Source: Amoebidium appalachense (lineage: Eukaryota; Protista; Ichthyosporea). Taken from it: 64,000 bases of DNA. Below, piece by piece: positions 1 through 49,152 of the stretch. The stretch covers positions 6,201,794-6,265,793 of the forward strand of contig CAVNZM010000010.1 in the NCBI GenBank assembly GCA_963693365.1, in the 5' to 3' direction. Both the position numbers and the translations under genes were made by a program. The notes below the pieces were generated by a model. The model was given only the letters and a program-made list of their open reading frames with translations. It did not search any database and was not told the origin of the DNA. Every line of letters begins with the position of its first letter. Positions within the stretch are counted from its first letter, which is position 1.

Positions 1-201
1 ACACACATGGTCACACGTACACACCCTCCTACCAACCCACTGCACCGCCTCCCAACACACGCTCCGTTCGTTGACCCACCTTGGTCATAACAGTCAGAAG
101 CCCTGCCCCGTTATGAATCCCAGTGTGTGCCTCAAGCCCCAGTGTGTGTGTGTGGAGTATATATAGTATGCAACTGCAATGCTAATTAGTGGTCTTTTCA
201 G

Positions 202-616
202 GGTGTGCAGTGCAAAAAGGAGAGGGACCACGAAGGTGCCTGCGAATATGTCGAAAACCCCACCCCTGGCAGGTAGTGCCCCCCCCCCCCCCCCCCCCCC
301 CCCCCTTCTTCCCCCCTCCCCCCCTCCCCTCCTCCCCCCCCCCCCCTCCCCTCCCCCCCCCCCCCCCCCTCCCCCCCTCCCCTCCCCGGCATCCCTTCCC
401 CATGGCCGGCGCAACTTCTTTGTGAGTGCTTTGCACAAAATCGGATTGCATTGTTATTCATGAATGTCTATGTACTCGTAGACTTTCGAGGCATGCCGGC
501 ATTTTTTTTTATTTTTTTTTTTAACCTTGTCATGCGCTAACCTTTACCGCCCTCAGCCACCTGTACAAGATGCGGATGATCGACTCCATCCAGTTTATCA
601 CACACGTGAGTGCACA

Positions 617-679
<63 letters not shown>

Positions 680-1212
680 AAAAACCCCACCCCTTCCCCC
701 AGCCCTGCATTACACACACCTGGAAAATCAGAAACACGGGAAAATCAGAAACACGTCCATCGTCTTTTCCTTGCTGCCTGTTTTACCTGCCGTTTCCCAC
801 ATCCCCTTGCCCCGTCCTCCTCCATCCGTTGTTCAGGCAGAAGCCCTGACTATCCTTTGACCTGATTCTCACGTGGGTTCGAATACCACAATCGTTGCTT
901 TTATTCAATTTTCTTGTTTTTACACGTATAATGGATTTTATTTCGATCGGGGCATCAGGGCTAAGAATGCATATATAGTACAGTTGCTATAGACACAACG
1001 AGATAGTCGCTGAGATAGCTTTACCGGATATCCAAAACAAAGCGAGAATAAATATTCTACCGTGCAAATTCCTCCCCCCCCCCCCCCCTCCCCCCCCCCC
1101 CCCCCCCCCCGCCCCTTCCGGTGGGCCCCCCCGAGGATGGGCTCTGCTTCTTATGCATACTCTTTGTGTGGTTTGCACTCTGCATCGTGTTTATGACACA
1201 TTCAACCCCCCT

Positions 1213-1244
<32 letters not shown>

Positions 1245-1527
1245 CCCCCGGCGCCCCATCAACACAGCTTGTGTGCTTGCATGAGCAGCTTTGTTGTCTC
1301 TGACCGTGAGCAGCTTTGTTGTCTCTGACCAAGGCAACGTCGGATAACCCACCGGGTGTTGTATTTCAAACCCGATTTGAATATTGAGACTTGGATATAG
1401 CTACTGACATATACTCCTCCTGAGGGTGTCTGCTTATGGTTCATACACATTGTGTGTGTGTTGTCGAACTACACATCCACAACTGACTCAAACTGTCCTA
1501 TCGCTCCCTGCCCTCCCCCTCATTGCG

Positions 1528-1578
<51 letters not shown>

Positions 1579-1777
1579 ACACGCGCGTACACACACACAG
1601 ATGGTGTTTGGAGCAGCTCTAATTGCTCTGACGGCAGCCACCAGCCCGTCCAACCTCAGCAGTTTGGGCCTTTTGGGTGTGACGGCTGCAATGGCTGCCC
1701 TGCTGGTGGGGGTGAATCTGATGGACGAGGTGATCGTGCACAAATATCACAAAACGAAGACTACCGGTGCAAAATAG
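202..1777 (+). CDS. 3' end of a multi-pass membrane protein gene, possibly LtrA-like C-terminus; 5' part lies outside the window
   Basis: Phase-consistent GT-AG exons 202-272, 557-605 and 1601-1777 splice to GVQCKKERDHEGACEYVENPTPGSHLYKMRMIDSIQFITHMVFGAALIALTAATSPSNLSSLGLLGVTAAMAALLVGVNLMDEVIVHKYHKTKTTGAK*. Two hydrophobic helices and a basic tail. The LtrA resemblance is a weak inference. Confidence 0.65.
1117..1210 (+). mobile_element. 5'-truncated copy of the poly(C)-anchored structured repeat family
   Basis: gtgggcccccccgaggatgggctctgcttcttatgcatactctttgtgtggtttgcactctgcatcgtgt...cattcaa followed by poly(C); aligns with the 3' half of the 38.7 kb and 32.7 kb copies. Confidence 0.8.
1272..1470 (+). 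mobile_element. Diverged copy of the structured repeat family (5' domain, with an internal 25-bp duplication)
   Basis: gcttgcatgagca...gttgtct-ctgacca-aggcaac...cctcctgagg...tctgcttatg...catac corresponds to gcctgcataagca...ctcgtct-ctgatca-agacggg...ctgagg...tctgcttat of the long copies, with compensatory stem changes. Confidence 0.6.
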
Positions 1778-1978
1778 GCTGAAATTATTTAAGGCTGATA
1801 TTGAATTTACCCTTTTTTCTTGCCCTTGTACATACGATGTATTCCTTGTTTGAGTTAAGGTTGTGGGTATACTCAAATGGCGAACTTTGGGCTCCTGTTA
1901 TGATGGCTTTAGGGTCCACATGGGTGGCCGTAGGTGCAAACCATCGATGCTGTAATAACCGAAGAGATAAAACACAGA

Positions 1979-2112
1979 ACGTTCGTAGTTGTATATATAT
2001 TTGAAGTCGTGTCTAATGTTGAAGCCAGTATATTTATTTGCGAAGCGTTCGTAGTTGTATATGATATTTGAAGTCGTGTCTAATGTTGAAGCCAGTATAT
2101 TTATTTGCGAAG
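1979..2112. repeat. Tandem duplication of a ~66-bp unit
   Basis: cgttcgtagttgtatat(g)atatttgaagtcgtgtctaatgttgaagccagtatatttatttgcgaag occurs twice, head to tail. Confidence 0.9.
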
Positions 2113-2899
2113 AAGGTTTTTAGCGGGTACCTCCCGTGTTGCAAACGTGACCCTAGAGAGATTCTCTTTGAAGCATTTAGTTTCTGGCAGCATACGTAGG
2201 CACCACATCCGGTAGGGGCCCACAAGGCGAAACCTCAAAATGGTTTAGGACACAGAAAGTCCGTGAAAGAAAAAATAAAACTTTATGGCACTGTGCCATA
2301 TATAAGTACCGTATGCTGCATATGCCAGACTGTTTCACTTCATATTTGAACATGGATGATGCATGCATGTGATTGACAGGAGTAGTCGAGTGGAGGTGAC
2401 AGCAAACAGCTTTGTGTTCCTTTCATTAAGATAAGACCCTTCGAAATCCCCCCCCCCCCCCCTCCCCCCCCCCAAAAAAAAAACGGAAAGGAAAAAAAAA
2501 GAAAAAAAAAGGAGAGGGAGGGGGGGGGGGGGGGGGGGGGGAATGCCACTGAACCATACTGGTAAAAACCGTTTTGGTGTGCGCATGGTGGTGCCGGGGG
2601 TAATACTCGTACTCTGACTTTCTGGACTCTTTCACTTAAGCTTCCTAGTGTGATCTTGCACATACACAGCCTCCGCCCCTCCCCCCCCCCCCCCCCCCCC
2701 CCCCCCCTCCTTTTCCCGGGCCGTGCGCTTCCCCCTGCTAAATTTAGACCCCAAACGGCAAAACCCCATTCTCTGCAGCTATTCGGGCTCGGTAGTTTGT
2801 TTCCCAACATGTACAGATCTCTCAGCTGTTAGCCAGGGTTTCAGGACCGACACTGTGTAATAATACTGGTAATTGCAGACCGTTAAAATGCCCATACAT

Positions 2900-3900
2900 A
2901 CGGGTCATGGATTCCTTCTACCGGTACCAGATCGGTTGCCTTTGAAGCGAACTGCAGTATACGTGCGGATCATAGATAGTGATGTCAACCTGATGGAATG
3001 CAGGTGGTGATGAAGAAGGGGTTATATTTTTGTGGGTCGCTCGTGGCATCCCATGACCATGAGATGCATGAGGGCGGATCTGGAGGGTCCTGATAATAAC
3101 GATCACTACCGTACCGCGTATGTACGAAGAACACAGCGAAAACACTCGGGGAACAACAGCTTGCAAGCGCAAAGAAATGAAACGGGGCAAACAGTAGAAG
3201 CTTGAATTATGCAACAGCACTAAAAAGGTGTAAAGTATGCATAGATGGTGAGTATGGCCACCCAGGGCGGAGCGGGGGGGGGGGGGGGGGGGGGGGGGGG
3301 GAGGGGGGAGGGAGGGGATCCGGAGGGGAGAGGGCGGCCATAGTGTGTAGGGTCGCACGTGCGGGCGTCCTCCTCCTCGCAGATCCCCCTCCCGCCTCCT
3401 CCCCGCCCGCTCTCCAGAGTCCACTAAGGCGCGAGTTTCGAAAGAGAGCTCACACAGGAGCAAGTGCACATGGTCAAGTGGAAAGATCTGAAGTTGCACG
3501 CGAACATGCCATGGAGAAAGCTTTAGCTTGACCAATATCGGTATCAGGGGCCCCAGCAGAACGAACCCGACCGTAAGTATTGGTGAATCTCCGATACCTG
3601 CTCTGGCTTGCAATGAAATTCCGGTACCTACATTCAAGCTTTCGGCGGGCGGTACAAGCTTTAACGAAAACCATTGTCCTGAGATCAGCAAGGGTGCACA
3701 ACATCGAAGTTGTCTAGCTCTCGAACAGCTCCTTTTTCGAATCAGCTGGCAGCCGTTGGGTGGTGCCGTTTCCAAGGCCTCCATCCTCCTAATCTCCCCG
3801 GGAGATCAGGAGGCCTTGGCCGTTCCACGTGCCAAAGTGGTGCGTGAAAAACCAATGGATAACCTTTCTAATTCAGGGTTGGCGGCCAGCTTAACCGTAT
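2900..3900 (-). pseudogene. Possible heavily degraded non-LTR retrotransposon ORF2 fragment (linker to RT subdomains 1-2)
   Basis: Minus-strand frames give protein-like pieces broken by stops and frameshifts (VFVKACTARRKLECRYRNFIAS...; VVPRVFSLC; THKNITPSSSPPAF...TSLSMIRTY), loosely matching LINE P-x-x-K...RPIS/TL-x-S-x-x-R motifs. Weak. Confidence 0.3.
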
Positions 3901-4560
3901 CGCCCTTTGGCCAATCGTAACGGACAATTTCTTAAAAAAAAAAAAAAAAAAAACTTCTTAATCGTAACGGGTGGGTTCTTGGGGAGCTGCAAGCCCCGCC
4001 TAAAACGCCCCTCCAGTCGCAAAACTCAAAATACGTGTTTTTACAAATTGAGTACCGCAAGATTACAAGCCCTGGAAACTTATCGGGGCTCGATATTGCA
4101 CATGAGAAGCGCTGTAGTTATGTTCTTGGGGAATGTGCTGTTCTTGAACAGAAATATTGAAAAAATAGGGAAAATTACATATTCAAGCGTTTATAATGCT
4201 ACACACCTGATACGAAAGCTGTTACGACGGTACCCTGACCTTATTCGTATCGGGGTCTCTCGTAAATCGTAATTACGACGATTTTTTTTCGTAATCCCTA
4301 CCCTGTTCTAATTCGACCGATAAGAACATTTTGCCTTTTATGGCTATTCTGCAAATTTGAAATTGGCGGGCCGCCCCGGCGGACGGACGGCAAAAGCAAG
4401 CATCTAACAAAGCAAGGGCAACATCTCATGAGCAGTTGAACTCAGCTTGTTTATAGGTTGAGTGAACACGTATAGAGTGCTGGTTGTAATTAGCAATCTC
4501 GGCGACGGTAAGAGTTTAAAATAGAAGAATTCATAGCTAGGCGTCTATCAAACCGAGAAG

Positions 4561-11544
<6,984 letters not shown>

Positions 11545-11695
11545 GATTGATGTCTATGTACTAGGCTATACGCATTACTCAGTTTTATGTGCTCGGGGCT
11601 TACGTAGTTTTATGTGCTCGGGGCTAGGTGTGGCCTTTATTAATCAAAAGAGATTTTTATTTCTTCTATTTTGTTGAACTTTATTCAATTTTTCC

Positions 11696-11745
<50 letters not shown>

Positions 11746-11825
11746 AAATTTTGATGGACTGGTTGCTTCGGGAGGAAAATCACTATTTTGATGTCCGTGT
11801 GTCTGTGTGCACGTGCATGTGGGTG

Positions 11826-11889
<64 letters not shown>

Positions 11890-12331
11890 GTGCGTGTGCG
11901 TGTGTGCTTGGGGGGTGGGAGGGGGAGGGAGGATTACCTAATCGGTTTCATTATTTCGTGTCGGCTGTAGACGCAGTGCTCTCCAGCTGCTCTTGTATGG
12001 TAGCTTCAGAGTTTAACCATTTTTATTTAACACATTTTCTTGTATGAATGTGGGCTAATAAGCCTGTTATAAACCTGCTCGAAAATACTGAAACACGCTC
12101 GGCACCAGTTAATATTAAAGCTTGTTCACGTTACACATTATTAATCTCTCGGCTGTCCATTACATCATTGTCTCCTCCGGTCTCCCCCCTCCCCCCCTCC
12201 CCCCCCCTCCCCCCCCCCCCTCTCCCCTCGGTTTCCCGGCCTCCCCGCTTTGTTCTTTTCTTGTGGGCATCATAATTGATCACTTGAAAGTCACAACACA
12301 CCATCACATACACCACATGCACACACTATAC

Positions 12332-12426
<95 letters not shown>

Positions 12427-12868
12427 GAGGCACACACACACTCTCGCTCTCTCTCACCCACCCACAAACAACCACGTGTGCGCCCTGCGCAATGCCTGCC
12501 CACATCAGACACCGGCATATACACGCATGTATGGAGACACGTGCACCTTTAAACTTGCAATGATGGTCCCGCACCCAACCAAACGACAACACTTTGTTAC
12601 GTCTGGTGATCATCATGAACCCATGCACGAACTTTGTGCAGGGGTCGAAGGTTTTGACAGTTTGCAATACACAGAGTAATTGTGAGCGGGCATGCACATG
12701 GCACATGCGTCCATGTACCATAGCTGACTGGGCTTATTACAATCACCAACGCCTCTGTGCACCATGGCCACATGGGCCATGTCATAGGGCGCTGCTACGG
12801 AGCACTCTCAGGCTGTTCCCATACCTGCCGAGTTGAAGTTTCTACATTGCTTTTCTCCTCTTTTCTCT

Positions 12869-12907
<39 letters not shown>

Positions 12908-12911
12908 GTCC

Positions 12912-12962
<51 letters not shown>

Positions 12963-13325
12963 TACATGTGGGACCCCCCAAACCCCCGTCTCTCTAGATT
13001 ATACTGGATAGAGATCTATGGATAGGAGAGGTACGGTCAAGGGGGGGGGGGGGGGGGGCTACCAAAAAAGGCAGTCTCGCCATTTGGATATTTGTAAACC
13101 AATCATCTTCCAACAAGTATTGCCAAATAAAGTGTTGCGCCCGTTAGAGCAAATCCAGTGTTTTTTGTTGCTCTGCAGGAAAAACCACATAGTATTCTAA
13201 AGCTATTCTAAAACCTTCGCAGGTAGGCTTAGCTAACCGTAAACAGTGTCAACGTTTTAGAAAAAAAAGACAGCGCGCTGCTACGTATACGTATACGGTT
13301 GGGGAAGGCCCGCGCGACTCGAGAA

Positions 13326-18136
<4,811 letters not shown>

Positions 18137-18403
18137 CCGATCGACGCTTATGCTCCCAATGGCACGTGGAACATTCTTTTTGACAAGGGACTGTGGGGTA
18201 ATACGAAGAGAGTCTGGACTTCAATGGGGGGAGTTTTTCATCGACAATGCCCCCCACCCCCCCCCCACCCTCCCCCCCCCCCCCCCCCGGCCCAACATAC
18301 ATACCACACACATGTGCGCGTGCGTGCGCTTACGCGCACGCGCGCACACACACACACACCATAGACATAAATACGCCCGCACACACATCATGGTTTTTTT
18401 TTA

Positions 18404-18475
<72 letters not shown>

Positions 18476-18705
18476 ATATAAGCTACGTCTGAGCGTCCTA
18501 GCGGCATAATAGCTCTAAATGCACGTAAGTGTATAGTGGTTGTGCTTGATTGCACTTTTATCTCTATTGGGCATAAGCACACAGGCAGACAAAGCGCCAC
18601 AGGCAGATATGAGGACACCAAGATAGCAAGAGGCTAATATTAGATCGGATGCTGCACCAGCAATGAGCACTTGAACACGTACATGCATGATGATTGTTCC
18701 CGGGT

Positions 18706-18818
18706 AAAAATAAGTAGCCCAGTCGGAGTTATGTTGATTGTCAGTGCAGCAAAGAAGCAAAATAAAGACAAGATCTCAATATCCATGATGTGGCATGGAT
18801 GGCTTCTCCGGAGACACA

Positions 18819-18855
<37 letters not shown>

Positions 18856-19012
18856 TGAATTCTACACACCCACCCATCCACTTACTCATGGCCTAAAAAA
18901 ATAAGTAGCCCAGTCGGAGTTATGTTGACTGTCAGTGCAGCAAAGAAGCAAAATAAAGACAAGATCTTAATATCCATGATATCGTGGCATGGATGGCTTC
19001 TCCGGAGACACA

Positions 19013-19048
<36 letters not shown>

Positions 19049-19205
19049 TGAATTCTACACACCCACCCATCCACTTACTCATGGCCTAAAAAAATAAGTA
19101 GCCCAGTCGGAGTTATGTTGACTGTCAGTGCCGCAAAGAAGCAAAATAAAGACAAGATCTTAATATCCATGATATCGTGGCATGGATGGCTTCTCCGGAG
19201 ACACA

Positions 19206-19240
<35 letters not shown>

Positions 19241-19280
19241 TGAATTCTACACACCCACCCATCCACTTACTCATGGCCTA
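18706..19280. repeat. Three tandem copies of a ~190-bp unit, each containing a poly(C) run
   Basis: aaaataagtagcccagtcggagttatgttga...ggagacacatg-(C)n-tgaattctacacacccacccatccacttactcatggccta is repeated three times, near identically. Confidence 0.95.
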
Positions 19281-19853
19281 ACCCTGCCCTTCGCCACCAT
19301 GTGGCCGCCAACGAAAGTATACGGAAATTGTTCATATATTGAGTTGAGAAGCCGAGCCTTGTTTTGAGAAAGAGATAACGATGCTAAAAAGGGAGTGAAA
19401 AGCCCGAAATAACTGTACGTAATGCGATCTGCTGTGGCTATGTATGCTTCTAATGTGAGGTCTGTTGGTGTTTACCTGCACTTATCATCAGCGAAGCAAT
19501 TCGCTGTTGTCTCGTGTGTGGGATATCCGGCGGGCGAGATATAATGAAGGGCTATTTTTAGGGTATTTGGAGAGCCTCGCAACCCGATCTGATCGGGATC
19601 TTGGCTGGCCATGGAGATGCGCAAACGTAACGTTCTATAAAGGCGCTGGCATTTTTTTTTTCCCCCCCGGCCCTCTAATGGACGTTGTTCAGTCTTGGTG
19701 TTGGCAAAAAAAGATATGTTATAGGTACAGGAATGGCATGACCAGTGGGGCTCCTGCAAAAAAACCTATTCCATAGTTTTGCACAGTATTTTTGGCGGTT
19801 AGCTTGAAATTTTCCATTTGTTTCCCGCCCCATTTAGGGGTTGCTAAGCGAAA

Positions 19854-38285
<18,432 letters not shown>

Positions 38286-38686
38286 AATTTCAAAATCTCG
38301 AACCCCCCCTTCCTCCTATTTTCCCTGCCGTTCTTCCGAGAAATGATGAATTTTCCACACCATCAATCGGCAACAGCATGCAATTATGATGGTGATCACC
38401 CGAAGCTTATGGGGTGTTGCTAGACACATGGGCTCACACACATGCACACACACGACACAAATGCGTTGGAAGATTGTTTTGGAAAACTCCGGAGAGGGGA
38501 GGGGGGGGATGGGCAAAGTATTCGACGACATACCATTAGTTTACACCTTACACAGTCCTTTTTTCCTTTCTTTCTTTCTTTTTTTTTTTTTTTGTTTGTT
38601 TGTTTGTTTGTTTGTTTGTTTGTTTGTTTGTTTTGTTTTGTTGTTTTTGTTGTTTTTTTTTGGAGGGGGGGGGGGGGGGGGGGGGG

Positions 38687-38940
38687 GTTTTGAATGCGTC
38701 AAAAAGTACGAAGTACACAAGAACAAACGGATAACACGATGCAGAATGCAAGCCATACATAAAGAGTATGCATAATAAGCAGAGCCCATCCTCAGGGGGG
38801 GCCCACGTCATCCACAGTACCCGAGTTTCGACCTATTCCCCTCGTTAACGAAACCCAACTCAGATACTGTTTCACTTGAACATGAGTAGGTCACCCGTCT
38901 TGATCAGAGACGAGCAGGGTTGCTTATGCAGGCAAGGGCA
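38687..38940 (-). mobile_element. Long minus-strand copy of the structured repeat family (may extend to the poly(G) at about 39210)
   Basis: Reverse complement reads cttgcctgcataagcaaccctgctcgtctctgatcaagacgggtgaccta...taggtcgaaactcgg...ctgaggatgggctctgcttattatgcatac...gtacttcgtac...gcattcaaaa-poly(C). Flanked by poly(G) on the + strand. Confidence 0.85.
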
Positions 38941-39210
38941 GTGGGAAAGGCCGGGGGTTAAAGTTGCAGCAGTAAGCAGAAGCAAGAAAAATATAGATAG
39001 GAACTCAGGAGACGGGGCTTCTAGGAAGCTCCCCCGTCGATACCTAAGTCGATACTTCCCTGGCTAACATACTACACCAGCTGAAAAGAATTAAGTCCCG
39101 AAGGCCACAGAATTCGTAATCAGAGGGGAAAATATGAGATTTGACCCACGCCGCAGGGTAGTAACACGCTTACTAGGGCGGAACTTTATCGTCTTCGAAC
39201 GGAAAGCTAT

Positions 39211-39241
<31 letters not shown>

Positions 39242-39334
39242 CTTGAGAGGTTGTATTGTAATAGCGTTGTGCTTGCCGTCTCGTGTGGGTCATGTCATAC
39301 GAGGTGTCCATAAGGGTGGTGCATAAAGCCATAG

Positions 39335-39750
39335 TATTACAGTATTTTCTGGCACGTATTAAATAGATTATAGACGTTAATGTTGGACCGTGCATATCTA
39401 TCCTCTTAGAGTTATGTACAGGTATGTATATTTAATCGTCTCCTGAAATCGCACTCGTTCGAATTCTCCTAGGGTGCATGTGTCCAGATTTATTTCATCA
39501 ATCATAATAAGTAAAAAGGCTGAATTTCGAAAGTACCTGTGATAAATTGTACCTGCATTTCACCCCTTGATGCGTCACTTTTTGTGCAGGTATTCTTAGA
39601 CTTGAGATCATACTATGATGTAGGATTGATTTTGGTGAATTGTGTACTCCCAACATATTATCTAGTAGTGATTATTAGTTGTTGGATACATGCCGGCACC
39701 AACCGGGATACCCAAATAAACTGTGTTTCTGATATGTACAAGTGTACCCC
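39335..39750 (-). pseudogene. Very degraded, internally deleted LINE 3' fragment related to the 47 kb and 49 kb elements
   Basis: Minus-strand pieces VYLGIPVG (cf. YKYLGIPVD), CTLGEFER (cf. CGGRFTR) and YNLFNTCQKIL* (cf. YDLFIRCIDWL) occur in the expected order, with many stops and frameshifts. Confidence 0.35.
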
Positions 39751-40192
39751 CTAGACACAGACATAACGTGAACCTGTCACAAGACTACCCCGCGGGGGTT
39801 TACGTAGCAATAAATAGTGCGTAAACCCCCCTACCTTCATTCCACTCGCATACATTCATGCATATCTACAACGGTGTGTGCAACGATAACAGCGTACCTG
39901 ATACACAAAGTACATATGACAGATCTCATCACAAACCTAACCATTGTGAATGTCGCACCCCGTTAAATAACATACGGAAATGCTAATATGAGATTACAGG
40001 CTTTGCATCAATACATGTGTACATCCGCATGCTTACTAAAAATACTAGTAACCTCCGCCTGTGTGCACGTGTGGCCCATGCTATCGAGCGGTGAGGGATT
40101 GATTTAGGTGGGTTGATGTGTAAATTGTTGACGTACGTGTACTTAGCCAGGACCCCGAAGGAAGAGAAAGGCGCGGGGGGCGGGGGGGGGAT

Positions 40193-46230
<6,038 letters not shown>

Positions 46231-46939
46231 TCTTCGTTGTACAGTTGTTTCAACAGCTAGCTTCCCAGAAACATCGCCACCGACTCTATGCATGCTTGGC
46301 CACCCAACCGTGTCTACAATGCTTAGCGATAAATACTGGGAAAACAGAACTTATGCTGCGCCCATTCTCCGAACACGCTGAGTTTACACACACAAAAAAA
46401 AACAGGTTTTCTCCGTTTCAAACGAAGGCTCTCCTGGAATGGCACAAGTAAGTTAGCCTTTAAGCTTAGCCTGAGGCCTTTAAGGTGGACGAAACCATGG
46501 GTTTCATCGACCCGGCCATGCTCTGATTGGCTTAGACAGAACTCTAACTAACCAATAGTATCACGTAGCGTAATGGTAAATAACCAAAACAGGTTAAACA
46601 TGAAATACGAAAAAGCCAGCGTTGTGCCGCTTTGAATCGAGCCTCGAAAAAGCATCTACAATATGATTGGCTAAAAGCTTGCGTCACCTGTCTCCCAAAA
46701 CTCTAACATGTATCTGGGTTTGCCGCTGAGCCAGGCAGCTCGGATTGTGAATTTTTCGGCTCAGAAAATATTAGCTATGGAAAATTCCGTTTACAAACGC
46801 AATGTCCTACATACAGCTCCCCACGATTGAAGATTTGAGGAGATTCGCATGTGGTTAACCCCGAGCCGATCGCCCGGAAGCCAAAATCGGCCAGCTTTGA
46901 AAAAAAGCAAAACAAAATCATTAGAAGCGGTTTTAGTGG

Positions 46940-48027
46940 ATAACAATGCAACAAACACATGTATATATGTCTTTGTTTGCGTGCCATAAAAGAAAACTGC
47001 GTGTTTCTATGCATCCGCATGGGACGACGTTTGTATTTTCGGCAGTCCCCTCCCTCGCCCAATCGAATACAAGTATTTGGGGATTCCGGTGGACGAATGG
47101 GGCATATGTTTCAAACGGATGATCGACCGTCGGGTGGAGAGTGCAGGCAGGTGTCTTCGGTTATTTCGGGATGTGTATCTTGCTTCTCTTTCTCATACTG
47201 TCCACCTATACAATCGTCTTAGTATATTTCGCACATATATTCGCCCTTTGTCGGAATACGGGTTGCCCTTACTAGCTATGGCACCCCCTGATACTGTTAC
47301 TAATGTCCTCAAATCATTAGATGATTTCCATTACACAACTTGTTGTATGTTTCTCACTGGTCTTTCCACACCTATCCCTAGACGCCTTTTTGATTCTCTC
47401 TACGCACTCACACCACCATCACAACGCGTACACGAATTAGCCCTTAAATTTCACGAGCACATCACCCGCCTGTCCGCTTGTGCCCCGGACCACCCGCTCT
47501 TCCGGCTACACGCATCCCCGCCGGATTCGCCCCTGTACCTCTTCCCTTCCCCATCGTCTCTGCCCATTGCCGAGCGCTATGTGGAATGGCTGGCGACCCC
47601 CCCGGAGGTACGGCTAGATCATAGTGTGAATATGAATATACTAGTAGCCTATATGGCGGATACGGTTAGAGAGTCTCGTTCATACATAGATTCGTTTATT
47701 CGTAATGTGGTGTGGTGTAAAAACGCAAAGATGATTATGGCTTGGCGGTGTAATCGGTTTCTGGTGTCTCCTGCTCGTATGTGTAATATGTGTGGGGGGC
47801 GGTTTACTCGCGGCTGCATATCTATCAATAAATGCAACCTGTTAGCTAATGTATTAGAACCGGAGGTTATTGGCGGTTTTATTCTCTTTTCTTCATCTCT
47901 TCCTCAATATATCCGTTTTAAGATGACTATCCTAGATCACCTTATTAATGCTGCACAGTATGATATTGTGATCCGGTGCCTTAACTTTCTGTCGGAGCTA
48001 CCGATGCTAGCATCTGCTTACCCATAA
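46940..48027 (+). mobile_element. 5'-truncated non-LTR retrotransposon (LINE): RT subdomain 7, thumb and C-terminal Cys-rich region
   Basis: EYKYLGIP lies at the start of ORF 47077-48027, followed by RLSIFRTYIRPLSEYGLP (thumb), WRCNRF...CNMCGGRFTR and TILDHLIN. No introns or microsatellites. Confidence 0.85.
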
Positions 48028-48670
48028 TATGTAATAGGGGTGTCAGATCCTACGATGGCGCTCATTGTTGCCTAGCATGTACATATGTCACTGGCTGCAT
48101 TTGATTGGCTGTGCTGGAAAACGCAGTAGGCCGTCGAATGTGGCTGGGCCTCCGGCAATGTCCACGCAATAAAAAGTGTGTAAACCCAATTTCAAAGGTT
48201 GCTGATGCATTTATTCTTGAAACTGATGCAAAAGTGCATCGGCAATCGGCTCAGGGTTAATGAATAACACGGTACCGTCGGATCACACATGCACCATGGC
48301 CTCAGTGGGTTGTTCTCCTAACTGCTATGTTCATTCTTTTCATTACTTCTCTTTTAACCTTTTCTCAATACCCCACAAAAATTATGATAGCTACAGAAGT
48401 GTATTCCTGTTTTATCCAGCCAGGATTCTCAACACCGATGATGTCACATGTACGGGCCATAGTGGCTCAGTTGGCTGAGTTGGCTCATGCTAGCCTCTGC
48501 TTACCCATAATATGTAATAGGGGTGTCAGATACTACGATGGCGCTCATTGTTGCCTAGCATGTACATATGTCACTGGCTGCATTTGATTGGCTGTGCTGG
48601 AAAACGCAGTAGGCCGTCGAATGTGGCTGGGCCTCCGGCAGTGTCCACGCAATAAAAAGTGTGTAAACCC
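48004..48670 (+). repeat. Pair of 184-bp near-identical direct repeats (48004-48187, 48487-48670), 299 bp apart
   Basis: atgctagc(a/c)tctgcttacccataatatg...cacgcaataaaaagtgtgtaaaccc occurs twice with about 3 substitutions. Copy 1 includes the LINE ORF stop codon. Confidence 0.9.
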
Positions 48671-48749
48671 CACGCGTACAGGCAGCGGCCATGCGGATTC
48701 GGAAGAGGGCAAAAATTTAACGCATTTGCTTTGTATAACCCGCGCGTGA

Positions 48750-49110
48750 CCTATAAGCAAGAATATAACAGACTACAAAATGACCACACTATGCGCTAGA
48801 GCATGTTTGTAAGCATGGGAATATTATCTGTATAGTGTGAACTTACAGTCTGTTGTACAGAATTTTTATAACTCAATCGAGTAAAAAGTTTTAATAGTAC
48901 ACAATTTCTATACTTGATTGTACTAGCAAAAACGTACCGGATTTAGGTGTAGTTGGCTTTCTGCTCGCCGACGCCGAACCAATTGGTTATAATTTTTCTG
49001 TACAACAGATCGTTAGAAAACACTATTTCCTGATTATCATGCAAAAATTATAGCTTTAGCAGATAGTGAGGTCATTTTGTAATGTCCGATGTAACCCTGT
49101 TTTCCATATG
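48750..49110. mobile_element. Foldback/MITE-like element with long imperfect inverted arms
   Basis: tacaaaatgaccacactatgcgctagagc (~48774) vs the reverse complement of gctttagcagatagtgaggtcattttgta (~49053); tctgttgtacagaatttttataac (~48849) vs the reverse complement of gttataatttttctgtacaacaga (~48987). Confidence 0.7.
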
Positions 49111-49152
49111 AATCCGGCCCAAGAGTCGATCGCCGCGATCCCATGATTTCAT

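Noticed and set aside
3910-4305. hAT-like end (...atccctaccctg with TTACGA/TCGTAA subterminal repeats)
   Set aside because: No convincing partner TIR or 8-bp TSD found; cagggtttc at ~2834 matches only 6 bp.
12520-12850. Short complex-sequence ORFs between phnW and the membrane gene
   Set aside because: No recognisable motif or consistent splice structure on either strand.
18706-19280. CRISPR-like array
   Set aside because: Whole ~190-bp units are repeated with no unique spacers; eukaryotic context and no cas genes.
48454-48490. tRNA gene
   Set aside because: Only an A-box-like sequence; no B-box or cloverleaf.
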